From assembly GCA_034399535.1 (NCBI GenBank), contig DASCSS010000025.1, positions 1 through 55,849 on the forward strand: a stretch of 55,849 nucleotides of DNA, given 5' to 3'. A program made the position numbers and the translations under genes. This DNA comes from Candidatus Thalassarchaeaceae archaeon (GTDB lineage Archaea > Thermoplasmatota > Poseidoniia > Poseidoniales > Thalassarchaeaceae). Of this stretch, positions 37,514 to 48,264 are shown one piece after another (position 1 is the first letter of the stretch; each line of letters begins with the position of its first letter). The notes under the pieces are model-generated. The model was not told the origin of the DNA and searched no databases. It saw nothing but the letters and a program-made list of their open reading frames with translations.

Positions 37514-38164
37514 TTACTCGTTTTCCTGCTCGTCCGATTCATCCGTAGACTCGTCTTCCTCTGGCGCTGGTTCGTCGGTGTCCAGTTGCTTCATCTCCTC
37601 GATGATTGCCTGCTTCTGCTCGTGGAAGGTCTCATGTTTGGATTGGATCTCCTTACTTGCTGCCACTGCTCTGTCGATCATCTCGTGACGTTCCTTGATG
37701 GCCTCATTGAGTTCCTCGAATAGTTGCATATGCTGCATGTACCAATCGTCTCTAGCCGAAAGCTCGGCAGCAGCAGCTTGGTTTTCCTCGTCGATTTCCT
37801 CGGCGACCGTGATAGCCGCGCCCAATCTGGCTTTCTCTCTGTCTAGGAGCTCCGTGGTCTTGTCTAACTCGTCCTCCAAATAGGGAATCTTCGCATTTGC
37901 CTTGGCCAGATCGACCTCCATTTCGTCCTTCTCCCTCCGGAGGTTGAAGAGGAGGGTATCCATTCCTTCCTTGGAAGTCATGTTATCGCGAATCTCGCGA
38001 TTGAGAACTGAAATCTCGTCCTTCTTAGAGGAGAGATCCTTCTCTTGTTCCTGGTAGGCTAGCAATAACTTGTCCAGTGAGTCCTTGTCCTTGTCCGCCT
38101 GCTGCTCCAGCTGACGAATCCTGTCCTCTGGATTCCCGGCGGCTGAGTCGTCTTGGCCCATCAT
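37514..38164 (-). CDS. Hypothetical acidic coiled-coil protein
   Basis: 216 aa, E/K/D/L-rich heptads throughout, acidic tail. Confidence 0.8.
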   Translation of the reverse strand: MMGQDDSAAGNPEDRIRQLEQQADKDKDSLDKLLLAYQEQEKDLSSKKDEISVLNREIRDNMTSKEGMDTLLFNLRREKDEMEVDLAKANAKIPYLEDELDKTTELLDREKARLGAAITVAEEIDEENQAAAAELSARDDWYMQHMQLFEELNEAIKERHEMIDRAVAASKEIQSKHETFHEQKQAIIEEMKQLDTDEPAPEEDESTDESDEQENE

Positions 38165-38230
38165 CTCTTTCAGTCCAAAAGTACACCCGATATAACCCCG
38201 GCGGCACCAGAATCGGTCAAATAGGGTAAA

Positions 38231-39676
38231 TCAAGAGTTATCGGATATTGCTGCAACAGTGGCAGAAAGAACGGCTGTAAGCCTCTTTGCAGAGGGAATG
38301 TGCATCTTCTCGTCAGGTCCATGGGCATTGTTTCCCGGTCCAGACGCTCCAGTGCATAGGAACATTGCATCTGGATACTTCCCCTGCATCATTGCCATGA
38401 ATGGAATGGTTCCACCCGTCCAGGTTGCGAGGGGAGGAAGCCCGGTTAGAGCCATCGAAGCATCGTTAATTGCATCCCTAACCTTGCCTTCGAGGGGGGG
38501 AGCGTGGAACCCATCAGCGCACGAATCCGGAGAGAAAGTCACCTCTGCGCCTGAGGGTGGGTCAGCCTCGAGTGCTTCCTTTGCAAGGGAGATCACAGAC
38601 TCTGAATCGATGCCGGGAGGGATTCTGAAGCTGAGTTTCAGGTCGGTGTTGGTGCGCAGAACGTTTCCCGCAACCTGTACCGCTGGGATACCATCGGCCC
38701 CAATTATCGAGAGGGTTGGCTCCCAGTTCATGGCGATGATCATGTCCTCTGTGGTTTCTGCGACTGGAACCAGCGATTCAACTGTAGGAAACTGCTCCCA
38801 AATGGAGTTGCCTACTATCTCCGCTAAGGCAATTGCCTTGTCTCGGGTTTCAGAGCTGATATCGACGTGCATCTCAGGAATGAGGACCCGTCCGGTTATT
38901 GCATCCTCCACCCTATCCAGAAGAATTCGCATTATTCTGAAAGAGGAGGGTATCGAGCCACCCGAGTTTCCCGAGTGGATTCCCTCGTGAGAGACCTTTA
39001 CTGATAGGGTTCCAGAAACAAGCCCACGAAGTGCTTCAGTCATCCAAATGTGCTCGTAATCGGGACCACCACTATCCATCACCACGATCATGTCTGGATT
39101 CCCCAATTGGTCGGAGAGATCCTCCAAGTAAGGTGGAAGATCGAATGAGCCCGATTCCTCGCAGGTCTCAATCAAAAGAGTGCATTTGGGGTGTGGCATT
39201 CCCTGTTCCTGCAGCAGTCGGATTGATGTCGCGCAGAGATATCCCCCGTACCCATCATCAATGGAACCTCTGCCGAAGAGCCATGGATCCCTGCGGACGG
39301 CTTTTAGTGGGTGGAGCCCATCTGACCAGAGTTCGGGCTTGGACGGCTGCTTGTCCAGATGAGAGTAGAAGACAACCTCGCCGGGACCCGTTCCTTCTAT
39401 GGTCACAAGAAGAACCGGGGACTTGTCCTCTATCCTATGGGTCTCGTAGCTGATTCCTGAAATCCCTTGCTCATCTAGCCACCCACAGAACAGCTCTATG
39501 GTTTCGTCGAGCTCCCCGAGTTCGGACCATCCTGGTTCGAATAGCGGAGATAACGCCTTTATTCCTATGAACTCAGAAAGGCTGGGTAGAATGGAGTCCT
39601 CCCAAATCTCATCGCTTCTTCTCATCATGGATTCCAGGTCTGGCTTCATAGAGCCCTTGTCCGGGTTTGCGCTCAT
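38231..39676 (-). CDS. M20/M25/M40 family metallopeptidase
   Basis: YSHLDKQP, GRGSIDDG, EESGS, HSG, NAHGPDE. Confidence 0.93.
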   Translation of the reverse strand: MSANPDKGSMKPDLESMMRRSDEIWEDSILPSLSEFIGIKALSPLFEPGWSELGELDETIELFCGWLDEQGISGISYETHRIEDKSPVLLVTIEGTGPGEVVFYSHLDKQPSKPELWSDGLHPLKAVRRDPWLFGRGSIDDGYGGYLCATSIRLLQEQGMPHPKCTLLIETCEESGSFDLPPYLEDLSDQLGNPDMIVVMDSGGPDYEHIWMTEALRGLVSGTLSVKVSHEGIHSGNSGGSIPSSFRIMRILLDRVEDAITGRVLIPEMHVDISSETRDKAIALAEIVGNSIWEQFPTVESLVPVAETTEDMIIAMNWEPTLSIIGADGIPAVQVAGNVLRTNTDLKLSFRIPPGIDSESVISLAKEALEADPPSGAEVTFSPDSCADGFHAPPLEGKVRDAINDASMALTGLPPLATWTGGTIPFMAMMQGKYPDAMFLCTGASGPGNNAHGPDEKMHIPSAKRLTAVLSATVAAISDNS

Positions 39677-39697
39677 GGACCCTTCGACTGAGAAGTA

Positions 39698-42600
39698 TCA
39701 CTCAGAGGGGCCGCATATCGGATTAACGCCCTTGTGGAATGGGCACTTTGTGCACGTGGAAGCCGCGGTTCCGGATAGGCGAGGGAATTGAGATGTAGAT
39801 TGCTGCGAGGAAAGGGAAATCCTGGCGGTTCTGGCCAGTAAGAGATGTAAATCAGAAATTGATTGCTCGAGCATATCTCTTGGATATTCCACCAACCTGC
39901 CTGTGACGCCGACCAAAATTGCTGGGGGAAGAACCTCCCTATGAGGGATGTCGGAGTCCATCTTGTCTTTCTCTGAAAGTGTCAGGGCCAGATGATAGAG
40001 TGCCAGTTGTAATCTGTGCTTACTCAAAATTTGCTCCTCGGCCTCGCAAATAGGTTCTGTAGAAATCTCTCCCATCGAGGCGAAGAGTCCTTTTTCAGAA
40101 TCATCCAATACCATGTCTGCTCCTTCGGTCTTGAGGTCGATTGGTCGGATAGTTGATTCCCCCTGAAGGGTCCGTGTGCAAATTACCAGATCGATAACGC
40201 CGCTCATTTCGATGTTAGCCGTGTCCATGATCGAAAGGGACTCAGGGCCATCTGGACTCCATCTAGTTCTCTCGACTGCTTCAAAATTAGTCGGAATCGA
40301 GATGTGAAACGGCATTTCAGTTCTGAGTCCTTCCAGCGTGTGTCCGTCGACGGATTTTCCGGATGTGAATTCACCAATACGCCCTCCGACTAACCTTTCT
40401 GCCATTATCCGGGCAACTCGTGCTACTTCTGATGAGTCAGCGGATGGTGGTAGCATTTCCTCGAAAACCGTCTGATGGAGGTTCTCGTCGTCAATCCGTT
40501 CCTCGCTCACCTTTGTCCATGAGGGAGGAAGCGGGCAGCTGAGGTCGTCAGGTTCTGCTCCTGGGTTCCCAATTCCAATCTCAACGATCCTGTGGAAGAT
40601 TGTTCCGAACGTCGCTGGATCCAAGTTCATCCGATTTGATTCTGAAGATTTCTGTGGGGTTTCGGGGATTACTGGTTCAGGTTCCATGCCCCCATGGGTT
40701 TCCAGCCACTGTCTCCTCGGGCAGTCCTGAAAGGCCGGGAGGCTGCTGGGATTAATGCGTACCCTAGTATCGACTTCCCTTCGAGGTGGGTGCTTCTCCT
40801 CTTCGCTCAAACTGAATTCACTTCGGGCTGCTTGGTCTATTTTCTCGATTCGTTGCAATGGGGTACTGATTTCGCCAAGCGCGCCCGTTTCGCCGGTGAA
40901 GCAATCTGAGTGATGGATGACTAGCATACCCCCATGTTTTTCCTCTCCGGCTATAGAGGCGTTTTTCATCATCTCAGCGGGGTCGATTACTCGGTTCCCG
41001 GTAGTTGGAATGGGTAGTTCTGCTCCTGCCTCAGTAGACGTGACCCATGGAGAGTCTTTCTCATCTCTCCGAAGTGAACCCTGTCTCATGGATTCGGCCC
41101 ACATCTGTCCGATTTGGGGGATGGTGGTATCGTAGGTCCATGGAACTTTGATTCCCTGTTCTGGGAACCACGCGGTCCCCTTGGGGGAGCCGGCCACTAT
41201 CAGCTTCTCCTCTGCCCTTGTTGCAGCGACATAAAGCAGCCTCCTGGCCTCTGCACTCTTCCTCGCCTTGTGCAGCATTGAGACGTGCTCCCATAATGCT
41301 GACTTGGGCTGCAAACTCTCAGAGGGCCACGGATTCGGATGTCCAGCAAAAAATTCAGGGCTTACTATCAGTCTGCTATTCTGCTCGTTTCGGATGTTTG
41401 TCTGTCTGTCAGAGAATACGTCGGCCAATATCACAATCCGTGACTCCAATCCTTTGGAACTGTGGATGGTCATGACCCTGACTGCCTCACTGGGCGGTGT
41501 CGACTTCGCCTCCAGATAGGTGGCACTCCGGTCCCTTAGATCCCTCAGACGATCCGCTAGGACTACTATGTCCCCTCCTACCTCCTTTGATAGATTGCGG
41601 ACCATCTCAACGAATTGCTCGGCATTCTGCCGTGAGACATCATCTGGATAGGTGACAAGCAGATCTGATCTGTCGATTGTCTCCTCCAACAGGTCAATCA
41701 GCCTCGAAGAGAGGGAAAGATCGTGCCATCTTGATGCCAGTTTCCGCTGACTCTCGGTTTCACTGTGTTCTACAAGAGCAAGTAGAAGATTGGCCCCTCT
41801 CTCAGATTCACCTAGGAAGCGTTGTAGCTGCCCATCATCGAGTCCGACGAGGCATGATCGTGCGACCCAAGCAGCGTGATGCCTGGATGTGGGTCTTGCA
41901 ATCAACTGTAGGAGTCCCTCCAGAGCACTTGCAGAAGGACTCTCCAGGAGATTTCCTTCATGGTCAGCTTGAGCAGGGATACCAAGATCACGCAGGTGTC
42001 TGACGATAATGTCCCTAATTTTCACCCTAGTGGGGAGGAGAATCAGTATCTCACTGGACTTCACGGGTTCTTCTGGCTCGGAGAATCGCCATTTGCCGTC
42101 TCGGGAGAGGACTCCCACGGGAGTTCCCTCGATTAGGCTCCTAACCCTCAATGCGATCAGCATTGCCTGTCTCTCCAGTCTGTCCTTCTCACCCGGGCCG
42201 AATGGGTCGAGATGCACGGACAGGTCGGCGATTGGATCGGCTCCTTCCGGTGGGTCTACTGGGCAAATCCACTCCACGGACCCTGGATTTCCTCTTTTTT
42301 TGGGGCTGGGGTGCAGGGTCTGCGGAGAAGCGTAGAAGTCTCCCTTTGCAATCAGTCTGTGTCTTCTGGAGAATACGTCCTCCCACCACTCGTTCATGAC
42401 TCGAAGTAAGCCTCCATCGGTCCTGTAATTGACTTGAAGTGATATCATCCCTTCCTTGCGATTCTGTACTTCTTGGCTGCTTGGTGCTGGAAGATCCCTG
42501 TCAGTAGAGTCGAACGGTATCCATGAGACCAGGTCGCGTCCGCCCTTTTCCATGAGTTCGGAAGCCTTCGCAATGGAGAGTGAGTGGTCGTTTCGAGGAT

Positions 42601-44629
42601 CACGGCTATGGGATTCCTTCCTAAGAGAGGGTTTTCTTGTGAGTTCGGGAACACTGCTAAATTCGTGAACATTGATTTGTCTAAGAGTCTCGGCGAATTC
42701 GACAAATCCTGTTACTTCGGCCTGTCTGAACGCATAGATGCTCTGCTTCACGTCTCCCACGTAGCATACGGTTGGCTGCCAGGGAGTATCTGGAACCGGG
42801 GGTTCTTCGTCTCCGACCTTTCTCTGGCCCCAAAGGCGAGACAGAAGCCTCCATTGAAGCGGCGAGTTGTCTTGTGCCTCGTCTATTATGAATGCCCTAT
42901 ATCTCCTTCTGATCTCCTGAAGGAGGCGAACCCTTGATTCCATGTCCGCTCTAATTGCCCCTAACACAGAGGATGAGGCCCCGGATTGACTGGGGTTTGA
43001 CTCTAGCAATGATAGGGCCTCGAATGCCTTTGAGATGTGGTCGTCCCTCCACGGGCGCTCATCGAGGGAATCGAGCGCCTGTTGAATGGAGGGATGGTAG
43101 AATGTTCTGCATGTTTCCGGGCAGTTCACCAGAAGGAGGTCTCCGGCCAATCTCTGGATATCATCGAAATCGTGGACCTCCTCCCTATCCTTTAGTTTCT
43201 TGATTATTCCTTGAAAACCAACGAGCAGCAGTTTGAGATCGTCCAGGTTCCTAATTTCCGATTCCAGAGAAAAGTGAAATTTTCCCTTTGGATTAGCAAG
43301 TCTCTCGGGCAACAGAAATGGAAGTGGGGATGTGGGTGATTCCCAACTTGGGGAAACCCCGGGCGGAGGGGTATCGTTGAGCAGAATGGCTATTCTCACA
43401 AAGTGTAGGACTAGTCGTCCGGGGTCATTGGACCAAATGGTGTTCATTGCAGATTTTTGCTCTCTAAGAGAATTGAGGAGGCTTTCCTTTGTGGACTTGT
43501 CTGAAATCTTGGAGTAGCTATCAATCCCAGGAGACCAAGAGTCGGATGGGAAGTGGTTTCGGGGAAAGAATGTCATTTTGCTGGACATCAGGCTCGACTT
43601 GCTTACAGTGCAGACCAAGACATGCCCCATCCAGCTGAGTTTCCCCCAGACATCGTCCGGGGGTCCATTCCTACCTAACTCGTCTAGACATGCCATTCGT
43701 GATCCTGTCTGCCATCCCACTGAGGAAGGAGATTGGATGTGTTCCTTGAAAATCTGGCAGATTCGGGAGGCTATCGAGTGCATCCGAGCAGCTGATTCTG
43801 AGATGTCTTTTCCGTCTACTGAGGACATTATCTGCTGAATCAATAGTTCCTGGTCCACCTTCCCATCATTGCCAGTGATCTTCCGAGCTGACTCTTCGAT
43901 GAAAACCGATTTGGAGGATAGCCCCCGTAGGACCCTAGATGCGGATCTACTCCCCGAGTAGTGCCTTGAGACCCTGTCTCTTGCCGATAAAACTGCAGGA
44001 GCGAGGTGTGCCGGGATCCCAGCGTCCACGGCGTCTCCGATTCTAGAGTCGGAGTTTGACAGCCGCCACAATGTCCTGAGGGCGGTCTCAACGAGAACGG
44101 TCCTGCCAGTGTCGGTAACGTTGTCCCTACTGAGAGCATCTCCCAGTCTTCCCCTGTAAGGTGTCACTAATTGGCTAAGGAAGGAGTCGATGGTTCCAAT
44201 CGGTGCATCTTCCAGGAGGGTGAGGAGTTGTTCGACGAAGCCCTCGTTTCTGATCCTAGGATCGGATCTAATGTTGCCATCGTCGCCAATGGGTCCTGGC
44301 CTGAGTCTAGAAATCTCGGTTCGCAATCTATCTCTCATCTCATCGGCAGCTCTGTTGGTGAATGTCAGCAATACCACTTCACCTGGAAGGAGTCCTGCCC
44401 ATTCGCGGAGGTCTATTCGTTCAGAGTGGGGGGCGGCGACCATCCCTCCCTGAAGTCTGGCTGGTCGAGTGGGTTTCGGGAGGAGTCTGGTCGCTCTCTG
44501 ATCCTCTGACAAGTAGTGCTCAATGACGCGATCGACAATTGTGCTTGTCTTTCCTGTTCCGGCTCCGGCATCAATAACGATGTGGGAATCGAGGTTCAGG
44601 GCTAGGCGTTGGGCTGTGTTTAATCTCAT
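39698..44629 (-). CDS. AddA/AdnB-like UvrD (SF1A) helicase with C-terminal RecB-family nuclease
   Basis: LNTAQ, AGAGTGKT, LTFTNRAADEM, TIDSF, IDEAQD, VGDVKQSIYAFR, NYRT, MTIHSSKGLE, RLLYVAATRA; nuclease GVIDL...IDLKT...QLALY. Confidence 0.93.
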   Translation of the reverse strand: MRLNTAQRLALNLDSHIVIDAGAGTGKTSTIVDRVIEHYLSEDQRATRLLPKPTRPARLQGGMVAAPHSERIDLREWAGLLPGEVVLLTFTNRAADEMRDRLRTEISRLRPGPIGDDGNIRSDPRIRNEGFVEQLLTLLEDAPIGTIDSFLSQLVTPYRGRLGDALSRDNVTDTGRTVLVETALRTLWRLSNSDSRIGDAVDAGIPAHLAPAVLSARDRVSRHYSGSRSASRVLRGLSSKSVFIEESARKITGNDGKVDQELLIQQIMSSVDGKDISESAARMHSIASRICQIFKEHIQSPSSVGWQTGSRMACLDELGRNGPPDDVWGKLSWMGHVLVCTVSKSSLMSSKMTFFPRNHFPSDSWSPGIDSYSKISDKSTKESLLNSLREQKSAMNTIWSNDPGRLVLHFVRIAILLNDTPPPGVSPSWESPTSPLPFLLPERLANPKGKFHFSLESEIRNLDDLKLLLVGFQGIIKKLKDREEVHDFDDIQRLAGDLLLVNCPETCRTFYHPSIQQALDSLDERPWRDDHISKAFEALSLLESNPSQSGASSSVLGAIRADMESRVRLLQEIRRRYRAFIIDEAQDNSPLQWRLLSRLWGQRKVGDEEPPVPDTPWQPTVCYVGDVKQSIYAFRQAEVTGFVEFAETLRQINVHEFSSVPELTRKPSLRKESHSRDPRNDHSLSIAKASELMEKGGRDLVSWIPFDSTDRDLPAPSSQEVQNRKEGMISLQVNYRTDGGLLRVMNEWWEDVFSRRHRLIAKGDFYASPQTLHPSPKKRGNPGSVEWICPVDPPEGADPIADLSVHLDPFGPGEKDRLERQAMLIALRVRSLIEGTPVGVLSRDGKWRFSEPEEPVKSSEILILLPTRVKIRDIIVRHLRDLGIPAQADHEGNLLESPSASALEGLLQLIARPTSRHHAAWVARSCLVGLDDGQLQRFLGESERGANLLLALVEHSETESQRKLASRWHDLSLSSRLIDLLEETIDRSDLLVTYPDDVSRQNAEQFVEMVRNLSKEVGGDIVVLADRLRDLRDRSATYLEAKSTPPSEAVRVMTIHSSKGLESRIVILADVFSDRQTNIRNEQNSRLIVSPEFFAGHPNPWPSESLQPKSALWEHVSMLHKARKSAEARRLLYVAATRAEEKLIVAGSPKGTAWFPEQGIKVPWTYDTTIPQIGQMWAESMRQGSLRRDEKDSPWVTSTEAGAELPIPTTGNRVIDPAEMMKNASIAGEEKHGGMLVIHHSDCFTGETGALGEISTPLQRIEKIDQAARSEFSLSEEEKHPPRREVDTRVRINPSSLPAFQDCPRRQWLETHGGMEPEPVIPETPQKSSESNRMNLDPATFGTIFHRIVEIGIGNPGAEPDDLSCPLPPSWTKVSEERIDDENLHQTVFEEMLPPSADSSEVARVARIMAERLVGGRIGEFTSGKSVDGHTLEGLRTEMPFHISIPTNFEAVERTRWSPDGPESLSIMDTANIEMSGVIDLVICTRTLQGESTIRPIDLKTEGADMVLDDSEKGLFASMGEISTEPICEAEEQILSKHRLQLALYHLALTLSEKDKMDSDIPHREVLPPAILVGVTGRLVEYPRDMLEQSISDLHLLLARTARISLSSQQSTSQFPRLSGTAASTCTKCPFHKGVNPICGPSE

Positions 44630-47600
44630 CAGAAGCCACTCTCCGCTCTAACTTGGCAAGTTTTGCTGACCGGGCAATATGCGCAAACCCCCGGGGAGGG
44701 AGTTGGGTGAACACGCCCAGAGGATGCCTGCAACGCTACCTTTAGGGAGACTTGTATCCTTTGGGCCAGCCACGCCCTGAAATGATCGCTTGTTGCAGAT
44801 TTGTCCTCGTCATTGAATCTGTGTAGGTCAGCCGAAACTGAAGTTCTAGTTCCGATTTCTATTTCGGGAAGGTTATCGGAGTAACCAGAGGAGACCTCCA
44901 AGTAGTGTTCGGAATTGTGGCTGAGCATTGAGATTCCAGCAGCTAATACTAGATCGCCAGGATGGGCAACCTCCCATGCTCTGGCATAAAGTGCAAGTTG
45001 TAGCTCCTCCAATAGCCCCTTTAGGTGCCTTCTTCGGGAAGAGGCGCGATCAGAAGTCTTCAGATCTCTGATTGCTACGATTCTCCGTGGCTTCCATCCA
45101 GATCCCTGAATCCTAATAGGTGCCACGCTATGGTCACCCTCTGTATCTATCCAAAGTTCGGCTTTTTCATCGAAAGGCAACAGGTCAACTCTGTCGATGA
45201 AGCCTCGAATCTTGATCGGTTCAAGCTGCGTACCTCCGGTAAACTCTGAGGGGAGGTCGATTTCTATTCCATTGGGATTATAATTATCTGTGCTCCATTC
45301 TAGTGAAATCGGAGAAGAGTCCGGACAAGTGAACTCAGCTGAGATGATAGTGCCAATTCTACCACTTAGAGACAGTGGGGTGGGTTCAGCGAGCCAGCTT
45401 CCCCATTGTTTCCTATCCATTCCTGTTAGAGTCCTAAGGCTATGGGCTGAAACTGCGTCGGTCCTCTCCAGCCAAGGTGCTCTGGTGTCTAGTGACTCGA
45501 GTGCCATTTGCATCAGTTCGGACTCACTTAGACTAGAATCGCATAGGCTGGTTAAACAGTTGTCTCCTGGTGTTTCCCTCTCCTCGCCCATTGGAATATT
45601 GAGGGTTTTTGACAGGATGTCATGATGAACAAGGTGGAGGAGGTTTCCTTGGGTGCGTCGATCAATTTCCTCATCTATCAACTCTTCATTTTCTGCCATC
45701 AGACCCTTTGAGAGCCATCCCATTCTGGGACAACTGAGCCATCTCTGAAGTCTTGTAGGAGACCAGATGTGCACGTTCTGCTCCGCCCCCTCTGCATGAC
45801 CGTGCCTGGAGTCGCTGACCAGAGAGCCGCTTGGAGTTGGTGTGAAGGGCCTTGGGTCGATTGACACCGAGCGCTTTCCACTATCTATGATTCCCCCGAT
45901 GACGGGCCATCTGTGGTTTCTTCGCGGCTCGACTACTCCTTTTGGGGTCCTCGCGAAAAGGGAAGAGCTCTCGAACGAGAGTAACTGGGAGGTAGCAGAA
46001 TCAGGAAGATACCCGTCGTCTATAGAGTTACTAGGTTGTCTTCTATGGCGATCTGCTTGCAACTCTTGGTCGAGGCCAATTGAAACTGCACTCGGGTTGA
46101 TGGGATATCTGGAGGGTTGTAGGTTATTCCTAATTTGTCTCCCGTCGAATTGGCGTAAGTCCCTAGGTGTCGAAGGATATCTTTCGGAGGGTGTTTCTGA
46201 CTCGGTGCAATCCGAATCGGACAATATTGCCCATTCCCTGATGGGGGCAGCCGGTGGATGGGATTCGTCCAGGGTCGTGTCTAGGATCACAACTTCAGGA
46301 GAAGAGTTGAGAATGTGCTGAAGGTGATGTCTGGCATCCCGTATTGGGCCGTCGGGCCTTAGTATGTCCAAGGAGTTCCGCTCTTCGTCGCCTAGGAAGG
46401 GAACCTTCGGGACCTTGAGGCTCCAAGAAGAGCTGGACGTGTTTGTTAGTATTGTAAGGTCAGCTGTGCATCCAAGAGACTCACTTGGGCCCAATAAGCT
46501 GACCCTCCCCGAGGCTTTTGTTCCATGTCCTTTTGTCATTGACTTGTCGACGATAGATGAGAGTTCGTCTACCCATTCAAGCCCGGTCCGGGGGGACCTT
46601 TGTCCAGAGTCCGCCTGCATCTGCCTCAGTTCCCTATGACTTCGCAACAATGTCTGAATAATCGAGGCGGGTGAGGTTGACTCACCATCGAAATTATCCA
46701 TCGAGGATTGAATGTCTATAGAGGATATTATCTTCAGAAACCAACCATCGCCAGTTTTCTCGTTTTCCGGAAGTGGGAGGATTTGTCCCGTAAAACACCC
46801 CAATGTAGCTGAGTCCTCGTCTAGAATCTTCCTTTCTTCCGCTCCTAGAACGGGTCTCAGGGAATTTGCCACGCAAAGGAGCCACCATTGGGCACTTTCC
46901 TTAGCAGGTCCTCTTTGATTCTCAGAGGGGGCCATCGACATGGTTGAAATCCATTTGGAGAGAGCTCCTGGTCCACCAAGAACGTGGGCACTCCGAGCTA
47001 GGTTAGTGAAAAGATCCGGATCGGCCGTGGGTCTCAGGGAATTATCTGATGGGTGTTCGGGTGGTTCTTCGAATGGGGGGATCGTGGTCTGCAAGGACAA
47101 TGCACGTAGACTCTCCAGAGAAAATGCATCGGGTCCGTGGGGGAGTTTTGACAGCCAAAGGATCCAGTGTGCTAGAGGATGGGATAGAAGATTATTGCTG
47201 CTTCTAGGAATTAGAATCCCCATGTCTAGAAGACTCCTTTCCCACTTCTCTCTGTTATCCCCAATACAAGGATCGACAATCATGATTCGATCTTTTGGAT
47301 TCGAATGTAGACGCTCTCTAACCAATTCGATTGTCGCATCGAATGAGTGCTCGGCCCTGTGAAGCAGTTGCCTGTGAACAGTAGAGGTCTTCTTCTCGGT
47401 TTCTCGGCCAGATTTATTGATCCATTGTGGTAGTTTGGAGGTTTCGCTGATTGGGTGCTCATCGACTAATAGATGTCCATGATGGCCCAACCGAAAATTT
47501 CCAGGATAGGGCAACTGATGTACGGACCTGTGCCTCGAAAGCTGCCTCAACATCTCAGAGTGTGACTTGCACATGCCAGGAGCATGGTCCATCAGAACTA

Positions 47601-48222
47601 TTCCATCAATATCTGAGACGGTAAAGGGCTCTCTTCCATCCTCGAGCATATCGATGATCCTCTGAACTACCATGTCAGGATGAGATCCCCCGAGTTTTTT
47701 CTCCAACCTCTTGATTACCTTTCTGAATGATGACATCCCTGGGCCGTCCCATTTCTCGACTGATAGTTCACTAGACAGGCAGGAATGGAGAGTTGCCAGA
47801 GCCTTGGTCTTCCCGTGCCCCCAATTCATCTCTGGGAGTGGGTTGATTGTTGGGAATCCCAGATTGGATGCTTCTTTTTGGCACTCGGCGTGCAGGACAA
47901 TGTCATAGGGGCCATCCTTCGGAATCACTCGGGGTAGCCTGAAATCAGCAAGGAGTGAGGATATGAGGGAGTCAATTGTGTGATGAAGTGTAGTATCAAC
48001 CGCCCCCTCTAACTCCAAAATTGATAGCATCTCTCTACGGGAGTTTTCATTAGGGTACACGACCAAAATCCTTCCTGAAAGGTCGGATTCCTTCTTGTTG
48101 GGATTCATCGCTTGGAGTCTGATCTGATTCCTCAGCCACTCCGGAGGCCGCCCGGGTGTGACCTCCTCACTGGTAATGCAGAATTCCATCGACATCAGAA
48201 GCCATCTCCGAGCATTGGCCAT
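44629..48222 (-). CDS. AddB-like subunit: degenerate helicase scaffold plus PD-(D/E)XK nuclease with Fe-S staple
   Basis: No Walker A seen; SPTRLQRWLSCP, GNLLH, RGFIDRVD, DLKT, QLALY, CAYCPVSKTC. TGATG overlap with the helicase gene. Start may be 48195. Confidence 0.88.
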   Translation of the reverse strand: MANARRWLLMSMEFCITSEEVTPGRPPEWLRNQIRLQAMNPNKKESDLSGRILVVYPNENSRREMLSILELEGAVDTTLHHTIDSLISSLLADFRLPRVIPKDGPYDIVLHAECQKEASNLGFPTINPLPEMNWGHGKTKALATLHSCLSSELSVEKWDGPGMSSFRKVIKRLEKKLGGSHPDMVVQRIIDMLEDGREPFTVSDIDGIVLMDHAPGMCKSHSEMLRQLSRHRSVHQLPYPGNFRLGHHGHLLVDEHPISETSKLPQWINKSGRETEKKTSTVHRQLLHRAEHSFDATIELVRERLHSNPKDRIMIVDPCIGDNREKWERSLLDMGILIPRSSNNLLSHPLAHWILWLSKLPHGPDAFSLESLRALSLQTTIPPFEEPPEHPSDNSLRPTADPDLFTNLARSAHVLGGPGALSKWISTMSMAPSENQRGPAKESAQWWLLCVANSLRPVLGAEERKILDEDSATLGCFTGQILPLPENEKTGDGWFLKIISSIDIQSSMDNFDGESTSPASIIQTLLRSHRELRQMQADSGQRSPRTGLEWVDELSSIVDKSMTKGHGTKASGRVSLLGPSESLGCTADLTILTNTSSSSWSLKVPKVPFLGDEERNSLDILRPDGPIRDARHHLQHILNSSPEVVILDTTLDESHPPAAPIREWAILSDSDCTESETPSERYPSTPRDLRQFDGRQIRNNLQPSRYPINPSAVSIGLDQELQADRHRRQPSNSIDDGYLPDSATSQLLSFESSSLFARTPKGVVEPRRNHRWPVIGGIIDSGKRSVSIDPRPFTPTPSGSLVSDSRHGHAEGAEQNVHIWSPTRLQRWLSCPRMGWLSKGLMAENEELIDEEIDRRTQGNLLHLVHHDILSKTLNIPMGEERETPGDNCLTSLCDSSLSESELMQMALESLDTRAPWLERTDAVSAHSLRTLTGMDRKQWGSWLAEPTPLSLSGRIGTIISAEFTCPDSSPISLEWSTDNYNPNGIEIDLPSEFTGGTQLEPIKIRGFIDRVDLLPFDEKAELWIDTEGDHSVAPIRIQGSGWKPRRIVAIRDLKTSDRASSRRRHLKGLLEELQLALYARAWEVAHPGDLVLAAGISMLSHNSEHYLEVSSGYSDNLPEIEIGTRTSVSADLHRFNDEDKSATSDHFRAWLAQRIQVSLKVALQASSGRVHPTPSPGVCAYCPVSKTCQVRAESGF

Positions 48223-48264
48223 GCACGGCGGGGGTTATTCAACCCAACTGAGAAACCCCGTATC

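Noticed and set aside
44629-45760. 4-Cys PD-(D/E)XK nuclease as Cas4 of a CRISPR system
   Set aside because: It is the C-terminal domain of a 1197-aa protein coupled to a UvrD helicase, which fits AddB. There is no cas1/cas2 or array.
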